From positions 80,859 to 144,858 of the forward strand of contig MKWP01000008.1 of assembly GCA_001899805.1 (NCBI GenBank): 64,000 nucleotides of DNA, read 5' to 3'. The DNA comes from Lysobacterales bacterium 66-474 (lineage in GTDB: Bacteria; Pseudomonadota; Gammaproteobacteria; Xanthomonadales; Rhodanobacteraceae). Both the position numbers and the translations under genes were made by a program. This document shows positions 48,588 to 56,861 of this stretch, piece by piece. Each line of letters begins with the position of its first letter. Position 1 is the stretch's first letter. The notes beneath the pieces are model-generated. The model had not been told where the DNA came from and searched no databases. It saw only the letters and a program-made list of their open reading frames with translations.

Positions 48588-50921
48588 TCACCGTGGGCCG
48601 TCTCCGTCCGCCCCGCCTGCGCGCGGCGGCGGGCATACTCCCGGACACAGGTCCGGGCGCAGCACGGTGAACGAAAGCTCGAACTGGTTGAAATGCGTCA
48701 CGCTCGGGTCCGAACAACCGTTGGTGGTGCGCTTCCATGCCCACAGCCGGAACAGGTAGGCGCAGCACTCCGGGAAATCGGAGCCGTGCAGCACGACCTT
48801 GAAATCTCCGCCGTACCAATGCGCACGCGGCGCGCCCTGGCCCAGCGCCTGGCTGTAGCTCGGTCCGAACTCCGCGGTCGGATCGGCGGCCAATGCGCCG
48901 ACGCCGCCGGTTGCGTCCACGTACGACGGCGCCGTGATGTAGAAGGCCTGGTTGGCGCCGTACTCCGCCCGCAACCAGTACCCGCCGAGATGGCCGTCCT
49001 GCACCGTCGCCGGACACGTGACGCTGAAATGGATCGTCAGGGTGTCGGTGGGCTCCAGTCGCGCGATGTCGCAGGCCGAAACGCATTCCTGTCCCGGCAA
49101 TCCCTCGTTCTTCCAGATCTCGCGGATCCAGCAATCCGGCTCCACCGTGCACATGTGGATGATGCCGCCGCAGGCATGCGGAATCTTGCACGGCGCAGGC
49201 AGCGACGGGCCGGGGTGCAGCATCGCCTGGTTGTCGATGCGCAAGTACACCTGTTCCGCAGTGTCTTCGCCGCAGGTCGGCAGGATGCGCTCGCTCGTCG
49301 CGATCAGGTTGTCGGAGGCGTCCGCCGCGAAACCGTCGAACTGCAACTGGTACAGCGCATCGGGGGTGAGTCCCGGTTGCGTCGTGTCGAAATAGAACAA
49401 TGTGGCGTAATCGTTCCAGATCACCTGTCCGCCGAAGCGCGGAATGCCCGGATTGAGCTCCTCGTAGTGATGACGGCTGACGATCACCAACTGTCCGTTC
49501 TTGAGGATGGGCGTGAAGGCCACCGCCACGAACGAGGTGCCATCCCAGTAGCTGCGCGTGAATCCTCCGAACGCCGGACTCGGCAGGTCGGCCCACGGTG
49601 CGCCGTCCTTCGAGTACCGCACCTTGAAGTAGTCCACGTCCCAGCCGACGCCACCTTGTATCTGCAGCGATCCGTAGAACGGATTGTCCTTCCATGGATC
49701 GGCGTCCACCGCGCGGGTGCGCGCGTAGCCGCGCAGGTCCGGAGGCCCCGCGTCGGCGCCGATCAAATCCACCGGCGTGCAGCCGACCCAGGTCAGCTTC
49801 AGGCATTCCGGGCACTCCGGATCGCGGCAGGTCGGGATGCAGCACGCGAGATCGTTGGCGATCAAGGTCACGTTCAACGTGGTCGGAATGTCCCAGCGCG
49901 TCTGCGCGTTGGTTTCCGTGTAGATCACGTTGATGCGGTCGCCGCAGCGCTGGGTGGCGCGGAACACCACGTCCGGCGCGCAATCGCTCCAGTTCCACCA
50001 CGGCCAGACGTGCAGTGCCGCCAGTTCGGGCGAAGCCGGCAGCGTGGCGCGCAAGGCCTCCGCCGAAATCGCGCCGGCCGGCTGCTGCACCGCGGGCAGC
50101 GACAACGCGCCTTGCGTTGCGGCGGCCAGCACCGGTCCCGGCAGGCCCGCGGCGCCGCCCAGCAATTGCTGGAACACCGTCGGGTCCGGATCGGGGCCGG
50201 GCGGGATTGGCGGCAGCGGAGGTTGCGCGGTCGCGAGCAGTTGCTGGATGCGCGTCAGGATGTCGGGGTCGATCGCGGGGTTGGGACGCAGCCACGGCAG
50301 CCAGCGCAGGCAGCACCAGCGGAAACTGATGTGGAAGTTGCCGTTGATGTCGGTGACGGCGCTGGTGATCAGGTCGCGCCAGTACCACCACCAGAAACGA
50401 TCCACGTCCCAGGCTTCGACCACCGCGCCGGGAACCGGCTCGTCGCAGAACCGCCAGCGGTGCAGCTTCGGATCGTAGTACCAGTGCCGGCAGACGATGC
50501 GGCCATTGATCGTGTAGGTCCGGCAGCAGATCAGCCAGCACCAGTAGATCGCCGGTTCGACCGCGATGCGGCCGATTTTCAGTTCCGCGCTCCTGACGGC
50601 GGCCGTCTTCGCGGTGCCGCGTTCCTTGAGGTGGGCCAGTTCGACCACCTGCTTGACGGTGTCGATGGACAGGAACTCGCGGTCCGCCAGGTTGGGCCCG
50701 GCGACCAGGACGACCGGGCAGGGCAGGCGCGCCCCCGGGAGGACCGGCGGCTCGAACTCCACCTCGAATGGCAGGCGCCGTTGCTTCGCGCTTCCCGCCT
50801 TGAGGACGGCCGAGCCGAGCACGCTTCCCTCGCGCACCACGGCCACGCGCAAATCCAGGTCCGACTTGTATTGCTCGTCCGGAATCTGGCTCAGATCGAG
50901 TTCGCCGGTGATCCTGGCCAT
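48588..50921 (-). CDS. Hypothetical 777-aa Cys/Trp-rich protein with a carboxypeptidase-regulatory-like beta-sandwich segment
   Basis: GGGAGG RBS before ATG 50921. This frame has diverse composition and high GC3, while two other long ORFs at the locus are Arg/Gly/Pro-rich. About 29 Cys by my count (CC pairs, CIPTCRDPECPEC cluster) and many Trp (FWWWYWRD). GRIVCRHW...VPGAVVEAWDVD...TDINGNFHISF looks like a CarboxypepD_reg fold. Confidence 0.65.
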   Translation of the reverse strand: MARITGELDLSQIPDEQYKSDLDLRVAVVREGSVLGSAVLKAGSAKQRRLPFEVEFEPPVLPGARLPCPVVLVAGPNLADREFLSIDTVKQVVELAHLKERGTAKTAAVRSAELKIGRIAVEPAIYWCWLICCRTYTINGRIVCRHWYYDPKLHRWRFCDEPVPGAVVEAWDVDRFWWWYWRDLITSAVTDINGNFHISFRWCCLRWLPWLRPNPAIDPDILTRIQQLLATAQPPLPPIPPGPDPDPTVFQQLLGGAAGLPGPVLAAATQGALSLPAVQQPAGAISAEALRATLPASPELAALHVWPWWNWSDCAPDVVFRATQRCGDRINVIYTETNAQTRWDIPTTLNVTLIANDLACCIPTCRDPECPECLKLTWVGCTPVDLIGADAGPPDLRGYARTRAVDADPWKDNPFYGSLQIQGGVGWDVDYFKVRYSKDGAPWADLPSPAFGGFTRSYWDGTSFVAVAFTPILKNGQLVIVSRHHYEELNPGIPRFGGQVIWNDYATLFYFDTTQPGLTPDALYQLQFDGFAADASDNLIATSERILPTCGEDTAEQVYLRIDNQAMLHPGPSLPAPCKIPHACGGIIHMCTVEPDCWIREIWKNEGLPGQECVSACDIARLEPTDTLTIHFSVTCPATVQDGHLGGYWLRAEYGANQAFYITAPSYVDATGGVGALAADPTAEFGPSYSQALGQGAPRAHWYGGDFKVVLHGSDFPECCAYLFRLWAWKRTTNGCSDPSVTHFNQFELSFTVLRPDLCPGVCPPPRAGGADGDGPR

Positions 50922-51058
50922 GGTCGCCTCCCTTGGCGCGCACCACTCGGCGCGCAGTGACGGGGATGGCGAGCATGCGGCGCGGCAAGGCCGCGTGGTT
51001 AGAACCAAGCTGCGCTCGAATGGGACGATTCTGCGCCGTGTGCAGCAGGTGGTATCGG

Positions 51059-51850
51059 CTACGAAGCTTGCGTGCGTGGCTGGAAGTGACGCTGGTACTG
51101 GGTCGCGGGCACGCCGACGAAGCGCCGGAACATGCGTCCGAAATGCGACAGGTCGTTGAAGCCGACCGCGTACGCGACCTGCGAGACCGAAGCGTCGGGT
51201 TCGGCCAGGAAGTCGCGCGCCTTGGCGATGCGGTACTGCAGCAGGAAGCGCCGGAACGACAACCCGTGCTCACGATGGAAGTCGCGGCTGAACTCCGACT
51301 CGGACAGATGGCAGAGCCCGGCCACCATTTCGATGCGGACCGGCTCTCCGTAGTGCTCGCTGATCCACGCGATGGCTGCCGCGGTATGGCGCGCCGCGAT
51401 CAACGGCTTGCGCAAATGCCCGGCAGGTGCGAGCAGGTCAGGTGGAAACGGGTCGATCTGCCATCCGTTCGACGACGCGGATTCGGCCGCATGTGTCAGG
51501 GCTTCGATCAGGCGAGCGAGGGTCACGGCGGTGACCGGCTTCACCCTGTAATCCCAGACCCGTGAGCGGAACGCCCAGATCGCGAGCGCCTCGGAGTGAT
51601 ACTCGGTGAACATCAACACAGGCAGCTCGGGAAATCCGTGCCGCACCAGCGGCACCGCCCGCAAACGTCCCTGGTCGGGGTAGTCGTATTCGATGCAGAA
51701 GAATTGCGGCCGGTGTTCTGCAACGGTGCCGTGGATGTCCTCGATCCGTGAGATACGCAGCGCGTCGCAATAGGGCTCGGCATCCGGACAGAGGCCACAT
51801 TGCTGCGGGATGCACCGCAAATCCAGCCAGACGGCTCGCGGAGTCACCAT
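51059..51850 (-). CDS. AraC/XylS-family transcriptional regulator with a receiver-like N-terminal domain
   Basis: C-terminal double HTH (IEMVAGLCHLSESEFSRDFHREHGLSFRRFLLQYRIAKARDFL...VSQVAYAVGFNDLSHFGRMFRRFVGVPATQY). The N-terminal ~120 aa have a CheY-like pattern (PVLMFTEYH, DYRVKP). Confidence 0.85.
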   Translation of the reverse strand: MVTPRAVWLDLRCIPQQCGLCPDAEPYCDALRISRIEDIHGTVAEHRPQFFCIEYDYPDQGRLRAVPLVRHGFPELPVLMFTEYHSEALAIWAFRSRVWDYRVKPVTAVTLARLIEALTHAAESASSNGWQIDPFPPDLLAPAGHLRKPLIAARHTAAAIAWISEHYGEPVRIEMVAGLCHLSESEFSRDFHREHGLSFRRFLLQYRIAKARDFLAEPDASVSQVAYAVGFNDLSHFGRMFRRFVGVPATQYQRHFQPRTQAS

Positions 51851-52088
51851 GCCTGCACCATGCACGCATTCGGCCCCTGATGTCCATTTCGCAGTCGGGC
51901 TTGCGAACCGGCTGCGCGATCGAACCGCTACGCTACCGCCGATGCCGGCGGCTGGAGTGAGGCCGCCGTCACACCTGCGAGTGGATGGCATCCGTTGCGG
52001 CGTCGAAGCGGGCAGGCTGGAGCCATTCCCCAACGCGCAAACAAGATTTCCGGTTTCGCGCGGGGCGACGCTCCGCGATACTTGCCGG

Positions 52089-54020
52089 GTGACCAAGGTA
52101 GTCGACGATCCTGCCGCTTCTGCACTGCTCGGCGCCGAGGGCCCGTTTGCGTGCGAGGTGCCGAACTTCGCGCCTCGCGAAACGCAGCAGCGGATGGCCG
52201 ATGCGGTGGCGGACGCGATCGACAGCCGCGACGCGCTGGTGGTCGAAGCCGGCACCGGCACCGGCAAGACCTTCGCGTATCTGGTGCCGGCGTTGCTCTC
52301 CAGCAAGCGGGTGATCGTCTCGACCGGCACGCGCAACCTGCAGGACCAGTTGTTCCACCGCGACCTGCCCCGCGTGCTGTCGATCCTGGGCGCGAAAGCC
52401 GACGTCGCGTTGCTGAAGGGCCGCGCCAATTACCTGTGCCGCTATCGCCTGCAGCAGACGATCGAATCGGGCCAGTTCAGGTCGCGCACGCAGGTGGACG
52501 ATTTGCAGAAGGTGCGCGCGTGGGGCGCGCGCACGCGTACCGGCGATCGCGCGGAATTGATCGAAGTGCCGGAAGGCTCGCCGCTGTGGCCGCGCGTCAC
52601 GTCCACCGCCGAGAATTGCCTCGGCACGGAATGCCCGCTGTACGACGACTGCTTCGTGTTCAAGGCGCGCCGTCGCGCGCAGGATGCCGACATGGTGGTG
52701 GTGAACCATCACCTGTTGCTGTCCGACCTCGCACTGAAACGCGAAGGTTTCGGGGCGATCCTGCCGGAGGCCGAGGCCTACATCCTCGACGAGGCGCACC
52801 AGTTGCCGGAGCTCGCGGGGCAGTATTTTTCGGTCGGCGTCAGCGCGCGCCAGGTGAAGGAACTCACCGCCGACGCGTTGGCCGAATGCGCGGGCCAGCC
52901 GGGCGCGTTGGCGTTGCTGCAGCCGGCGCTGGACTCGGTGAATGAAGCACTGCGCAAGGCGCGGCTTGCCTTCGACACCTTGCCGAAGCGCGGCGCGTTC
53001 GCGCAACTGGAGGCCGACGCGGGAGCGGCCGAGGCACTGGAAAACCTGGGTGATGCGCTGGCCGACCTGGCCGGCGCGCTGATGGGGCAGGCCGAGCGTT
53101 CCAAGGGCCTCGCCAGCGTGCACGCGCGTTGCGTGGTGCTGGACCAGCGCCTGCAGCGGATCGCCGGTCGCGACGGCGAGGACGAGGTGCGCTGGTACGA
53201 GTTGTCCGACCACGGGTTCGAACTGAGCGCGACGCCGCTGGATCTCGCGCCGCAATTGCGGACGTTGCGCAACGCCACCGAGGCGGCGTGGATCCACACC
53301 TCGGCCACGCTTGCGGTCGCCGGACACTTCGATCACTTCACGCGCCAGATGGGCCTGGTCGATCCAGTGACGCTGGACCTCGGCAGCCCCTTCGATTACG
53401 CGCGCCAGGCGTTGTGCTGGCTGCCGCCGGGGTTGCCGGAACCGGCAGCACGCGACTACACGCAGCGTGTGATCGAAACCGTGCGGCCGGTGCTGGAAGC
53501 GTCGAAGGGTCGCGCGTTCCTGCTGTTCACTTCGCATCGCGCGTTGCGACTGGCGGCCGAGCTGTTGGCCGACGCGCCGTGGCCGCTGTTCGTGCAGGGC
53601 ACGGCGCCGCGTCATCAACTGCTTTCCGACTTCCGCGATTCCGGCAACGGGGTGCTGCTGGGCGCCGCGAGTTTCTGGGAAGGCGTGGATGTGGCCGGCG
53701 AAGCCCTGAGCGTGGTGGTGATCGACAAGCTGCCGTTCGCCTCGCCCGACGATCCGGTGCTGCAGGCGCGGCTCGACGCGGTGCGTCGCGCGGGCGGCAA
53801 TCCGTTCCGCGACTGGCAGATTCCGGCCGCGGCGATCGCGCTGAAGCAGGGCGCGGGACGCCTGATCCGCGACGTGCACGATCGCGGCGTGCTGGTGTTG
53901 TGCGATCCGCGCATCGCCAGCAAGTCGTACGGAAAATTGTTCCTCGCCAGCCTGCCACCGATGCCGCGCACGCGCGAACTCGCCGACGTGCAGCGGTTTT
54001 TCGGTGACATGACCGCTTGA
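52089..54020 (+). CDS. ATP-dependent DNA helicase, DinG/YoaA (XPD/Rad3-like, Fe-S) family
   Basis: VEAGTGTGKTFAYLVP Walker A, four-Cys Fe-S module (NYLC...ENCLGTECPLYDDC), DEAH box (ILDEAHQL), C-terminal FWEGVD and KQGAGRLIR motifs. GTG start inferred; 643 aa matches YoaA size. Confidence 0.85.
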   Translation: MTKVVDDPAASALLGAEGPFACEVPNFAPRETQQRMADAVADAIDSRDALVVEAGTGTGKTFAYLVPALLSSKRVIVSTGTRNLQDQLFHRDLPRVLSILGAKADVALLKGRANYLCRYRLQQTIESGQFRSRTQVDDLQKVRAWGARTRTGDRAELIEVPEGSPLWPRVTSTAENCLGTECPLYDDCFVFKARRRAQDADMVVVNHHLLLSDLALKREGFGAILPEAEAYILDEAHQLPELAGQYFSVGVSARQVKELTADALAECAGQPGALALLQPALDSVNEALRKARLAFDTLPKRGAFAQLEADAGAAEALENLGDALADLAGALMGQAERSKGLASVHARCVVLDQRLQRIAGRDGEDEVRWYELSDHGFELSATPLDLAPQLRTLRNATEAAWIHTSATLAVAGHFDHFTRQMGLVDPVTLDLGSPFDYARQALCWLPPGLPEPAARDYTQRVIETVRPVLEASKGRAFLLFTSHRALRLAAELLADAPWPLFVQGTAPRHQLLSDFRDSGNGVLLGAASFWEGVDVAGEALSVVVIDKLPFASPDDPVLQARLDAVRRAGGNPFRDWQIPAAAIALKQGAGRLIRDVHDRGVLVLCDPRIASKSYGKLFLASLPPMPRTRELADVQRFFGDMTA

Positions 54021-54166
54021 GGAGCGTCCGTTGCCTGGAAAGCGGCGCGCCGCAACGTTGGGTCTCTGTGCTTCGCGTGGCCGCCCCGCGATGCCTGCGG
54101 CAGGACCTCTCCCTGCGGCGATCCGGGTCGTCCGAGCTTGAAAACGAGCGATCGAGACAAGATGTC

Positions 54167-55348
54167 ATGGAGTGGATCCGAGAAGAGAGACCCGCCCACA
54201 TGGACCAGCTGGCCAACGACTATCCGGATGCGATCCTGGCCCCGCGCGAGCCGCCCTGCCTCTCGCTTTACCAGCCCACCCACCGCAGCCACCCGGACAA
54301 GGCGCAGGATCCCATCCGCTATCGCAACCTGCTGAAGACCCTGGCCGGCTCGCTTCGCGAGAAATACGCCAAACGCGAAGTCGGCGAGCTGCTGGACCCG
54401 CTGCACGCGCTGGCCGACGACGTCCAGTTCTGGAACCATGCGCGTGACGGGCTGGCGGTGCTGGCTGCACCAGGTTTTTTCCGTGCCTACAAACTGCAGC
54501 GCCCGGTGCCGGAGCTGGCGGTAGTCGCGGACAGTTTCCACACCAAGCCGCTGGTGCGGATCATGCAATCGGCGGAGCGTTTCCACGTGCTGGGCCTGGA
54601 CCGGCATCGCGCCCGTCTGTTCGAAGGCAATCGCGACCACCTCGACGAAATCCCGTTGGCCCCGGAAGTGCCCGATTCGCTGGAGGCCGCACTGGAGCGC
54701 GACTACAGCCGCGATCGCGACATCCGCACCCATGGTCCGATCCGCGATGCGGGCAAGATGGGCCGCCACGGCAAGAGCAACGTCAAGCAGGACGCGATCC
54801 GCGCCGATACCGAGCAGTTTTTCCGGATCGTCGACCGCGGGATCCTCGAGCACCATTCCCGGCCCGCCGGATTGCCGCTGCTGCTGGCCGCGCTTCCGGA
54901 ACACCACCATCTGTTCCGCGAAGTCAGTCAGAACCCGCACCTGCTCGATGCCGCGATCGACGTGAATCCCGACGATTTGTCGCTGGACGAACTGCGTGCG
55001 CGTGCGTGGGAAATCATGCTGCCGCATTACCTCGCGCGGCTGGACGGGTTCATCGAGCGCTTCAATGCCGCGCGTTCCCGTGGCCAGGCCACGGCCGATC
55101 TTGCCGATGCCGCGCGCGCCGCGGCGGCGGGGCGCATCGACGTGCTGCTGCTGGATGCGAGCCTGCAGGTGCCCGGCCGGATGGCATCCGACGGCGCCAT
55201 CACGCTCGGCAAACTGGATGCCCCCGATACCGACGACCTGCTCGATGACCTTGGCGAACGCGTGCTCAAGGCCGGGGGCGAGGTCGTGGTGGTGCCGCCA
55301 GAGCGCATGCCGGCCGACCACGGACTGGCCGCAATCTACCGGTTCTGA
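54167..55348 (+). CDS. eRF1/Pelota-like (bacterial 'baeRF'-type) domain protein, tentative
   Basis: 393 aa. The C-terminus GGEVVVVPPERMPADHGLAAIYRF resembles the aRF1/Pelota domain-3 ending (GGIAAILRY). Central HVLGLDRHRARLFEG is like the 'start of beta-sheet' segment in those families. Recollection only. Confidence 0.45.
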   Translation: MEWIREERPAHMDQLANDYPDAILAPREPPCLSLYQPTHRSHPDKAQDPIRYRNLLKTLAGSLREKYAKREVGELLDPLHALADDVQFWNHARDGLAVLAAPGFFRAYKLQRPVPELAVVADSFHTKPLVRIMQSAERFHVLGLDRHRARLFEGNRDHLDEIPLAPEVPDSLEAALERDYSRDRDIRTHGPIRDAGKMGRHGKSNVKQDAIRADTEQFFRIVDRGILEHHSRPAGLPLLLAALPEHHHLFREVSQNPHLLDAAIDVNPDDLSLDELRARAWEIMLPHYLARLDGFIERFNAARSRGQATADLADAARAAAAGRIDVLLLDASLQVPGRMASDGAITLGKLDAPDTDDLLDDLGERVLKAGGEVVVVPPERMPADHGLAAIYRF

Positions 55349-55451
55349 TGGCACGGCCCGCGGCCGTCGTCGCCAGCCACATCGGCGACCCGCAACATGT
55401 CGCGGTTGCCGGGAATGACGGCGCATGTGGCGGTTCTGCGACAATGCGCCG

Positions 55452-56147
55452 ATGAACCTGTTGGCCATCGAAACCGCCACGGAAGCCTGCTCGGTCGCAT
55501 TGCTGCACGGCGATGCGTTGATCGACCGCAGCGAATTGGCGCCGCGCCGCCATGCCGAACTGGCATTGCCGATGGCCGAGGAGTTGTTGGCCGAGGCGGG
55601 CATCGCGCGCAGGCAGCTCGACGCGATCGCGGTCGGCCAGGGGCCGGGCGCCTTTACCGGCGTGCGACTCGCCATCTCGGTGGCGCAGGGCCTGGCATTG
55701 GCGCTGGACATTCCGGTGGTGCCGGTATCGTCGCTGGCGGCACTTGCGATGCAGGCGCCCGGGAATGGCGCGGCGATCCTTGCCGCGATCGACGCCCGCC
55801 GCGGGGAAATCTACGCGGGTGTGTTTCGTTTCAACGCGGACGATCTGATCGAACCACTCGACGCCGAGCGCGTGCTGGCTGCATCCGCGCTGGAGTTGCC
55901 CGGGACCGAAGCATGGAACGTGCTTGGCACCGGCTGGAGCGCGTACAGCGACGCGATCCGCGAACGCCTGCCGTCACCGCCGCGCTGGGCCGACGGCGAC
56001 CGTTACCCGCAGGCACGGGATGTCGCGCGCCTGGCCGCGCCATTGTTTGCGGCCGGCAAGGGCGTGCCGCCGGAACAGGCATTGCCCGTTTACTTGCGCG
56101 ACAAGGTGGCGTTGACGCTGGAAGAGCAGCAACAACAAGCAACATGA
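55452..56147 (+). CDS. tsaB: tRNA N6-threonylcarbamoyladenosine (t6A) biosynthesis protein TsaB
   Basis: MNLLAIETATEACSVALL...IAVGQGPGAFTGVRLAISVAQGLALA, the ASKHA-fold YeaZ signature. Confidence 0.88.
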   Translation: MNLLAIETATEACSVALLHGDALIDRSELAPRRHAELALPMAEELLAEAGIARRQLDAIAVGQGPGAFTGVRLAISVAQGLALALDIPVVPVSSLAALAMQAPGNGAAILAAIDARRGEIYAGVFRFNADDLIEPLDAERVLAASALELPGTEAWNVLGTGWSAYSDAIRERLPSPPRWADGDRYPQARDVARLAAPLFAAGKGVPPEQALPVYLRDKVALTLEEQQQQAT

Positions 56148-56151
56148 AGTC

Positions 56152-56220
56152 GTCGTCCCGGCGTCGGCCGGGCCCCATGTTTCCGTTGAATTTGGATGCC
56201 GGCCTTCGCCGGCATTGCGA
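56152..56220. repeat. Degenerate palindromic repeat (GCCGGCCTTCGCCGGC type)
   Basis: GTCGTCCCGGCGTCGGCCGGG ... GATGCCGGCCTTCGCCGGCATTGCGA. It resembles the 20578-20654 element. Confidence 0.35.
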
Positions 56221-56223
56221 GAT

Positions 56224-56742
56224 TCAGACACAGGCCGCTCGGATCGCTTCCGGCAGCGGCACCGACGCGCCGCTCGCCGGATCGACCCACACCATCACCA
56301 CGTTGCCGTCGGCGTACACGCACGCGTGGTCGTTGCGATCGACGATGCGGTTGCCGAGGGTCATCGAGGAATTGCCCAGACGTTCACAGCTCAGCAGCAC
56401 GTCGATTTCGGCGGGCCATTCGATTGGCCTGCGGTAGTGCAGGTCCACCGCCGCCATCACCGGCATCGCGTGCGCGTGGAACCATTCACCCGGAACCTGA
56501 CGCAGCCATTGCAGGCGCGCTTCCTCGAGGTAGGTCAGGTAGGACGAATTGTTGACGTGGTTGAAGGCGTCGAGATCGCGCCAGCGGACGTGCAACGGGA
56601 TGGTGGCCAGCACGCGCGAGGGCGAAGGTTGTTCTGCCGGCTTCACGGGCATTGCAGGCGACGACGCGGCTTCCGCCACGACCTTGGCTTTTGCGCGTTT
56701 ACGCGGCGCGCGTTGTCTGGATGATTTCTTGTTGTCGGTCAT
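56224..56742 (-). CDS. Acyl-CoA thioesterase, 4HBT (YbgC-like) hot-dog fold, with a basic N-terminal extension
   Basis: VRWRDLDAFNHVNNSSYLTYLEEAR is the YbgC-type catalytic Asp region. The start could be the internal Met (MPVKPAE). Confidence 0.75.
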   Translation of the reverse strand: MTDNKKSSRQRAPRKRAKAKVVAEAASSPAMPVKPAEQPSPSRVLATIPLHVRWRDLDAFNHVNNSSYLTYLEEARLQWLRQVPGEWFHAHAMPVMAAVDLHYRRPIEWPAEIDVLLSCERLGNSSMTLGNRIVDRNDHACVYADGNVVMVWVDPASGASVPLPEAIRAACV

Positions 56743-56861
56743 GGGTGCCTTGATATGGCAAGAGCATCTGTGCGCGAAGGACGCGAAATACGCAAAGAAG
56801 GCAAAAATAACATGCTCGTTTTCGCGCCCTTTGCGTTCTTTGCGGACAAAAGTCCTTTTCG

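Noticed and set aside
48492-51273. Two alternative long ORFs at the Cys/Trp-rich gene locus (822 aa on the plus strand at 48492-50960; 907 aa on the minus strand at 48550-51273)
   Set aside because: Both are Arg/Gly/Pro/Ala-dominated, and the 907-aa one runs through the AraC gene. The 48588-50921 frame has diverse composition, high GC3 and a GGGAGG RBS, so it is the one I call. Proteomics would settle it.
53615-55711. 698-aa minus-strand ORF spanning the 3' end of the helicase gene, the baeRF-like gene and the tsaB start
   Set aside because: It crosses three plus-strand genes, including clearly identified tsaB and helicase motifs, and has shadow-frame composition.
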